Source: Hemiscyllium ocellatum (lineage: Eukaryota). From it: a stretch of 64,000 bases of DNA. The position numbers were made by a program, and so were the translations under genes. Shown here in pieces: positions 63,855 through 64,000 of the stretch. The stretch spans positions 53,283,131 through 53,347,130 of the forward strand of contig NC_083416.1 in the NCBI RefSeq assembly GCF_020745735.1, written 5' to 3'. The notes beneath the pieces were generated by a model that made no database searches, had not been told where the DNA came from, and was given only the letters and a program-made list of their open reading frames with translations. Position 1 is the stretch's first letter, and each line of letters opens with the position of its first letter.

Positions 63855-64000
63855 TGGAGAAAGTGAGGACCGCACATGCTGGAGATCAGAGTCAAAGTGT
63901 GATACCGGAAAAGCACAGCAGGTCAAACAGTATCCAAAGCGGAGGAGAATCAACATTTCGGGCATAAACTCTTCATCAGGAATGAATGAACAGCTTATGC
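63855..64000 (-). mobile_element. Penelope family A terminus with decayed hammerhead motif
   Basis: Minus strand ATTC-CTGATGA-A-GAGT(TTAT)GCCC-GAAA-TG-TT-GATT. Confidence 0.7.

Overview
Vertebrate genomic DNA, very probably an elasmobranch (shark), inferred from HE1-type V-SINEs, DeuSINE-like SINEs, and CR1 and Penelope retroelements. The only host gene I can identify is the 5' end of DDX46 (Prp5 spliceosomal DEAD-box helicase) on the minus strand: a CpG-rich promoter near 17.5 kb and coding exons 1-3 (17437-17453, 10821-11012, 3004-3132) encoding the RS-rich N-terminus. The gene continues off the left edge. The rest is mostly nested transposon debris: CR1 LINEs (one young 5'-truncated copy with an intact 706-aa RT ORF, one near full-length), three Penelope-like families, Tx1/L1, Rex1/Babar, Gypsy and Harbinger relics. 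The most interesting hidden structure is a set of minimal type-I hammerhead ribozyme motifs (CUGANGA..GAAA..UH) in Penelope-derived termini. Several sit in ~200-bp hairpin mini-elements with clean target-site duplications, and some lie inside DDX46 introns. Also notable are two frame-preserving candidate micro-exons in DDX46 intron 2, an overlapping uORF, and inverted repeats flanking exon 2. Repeat boundaries are approximate and family names come from recognition, not a database search.
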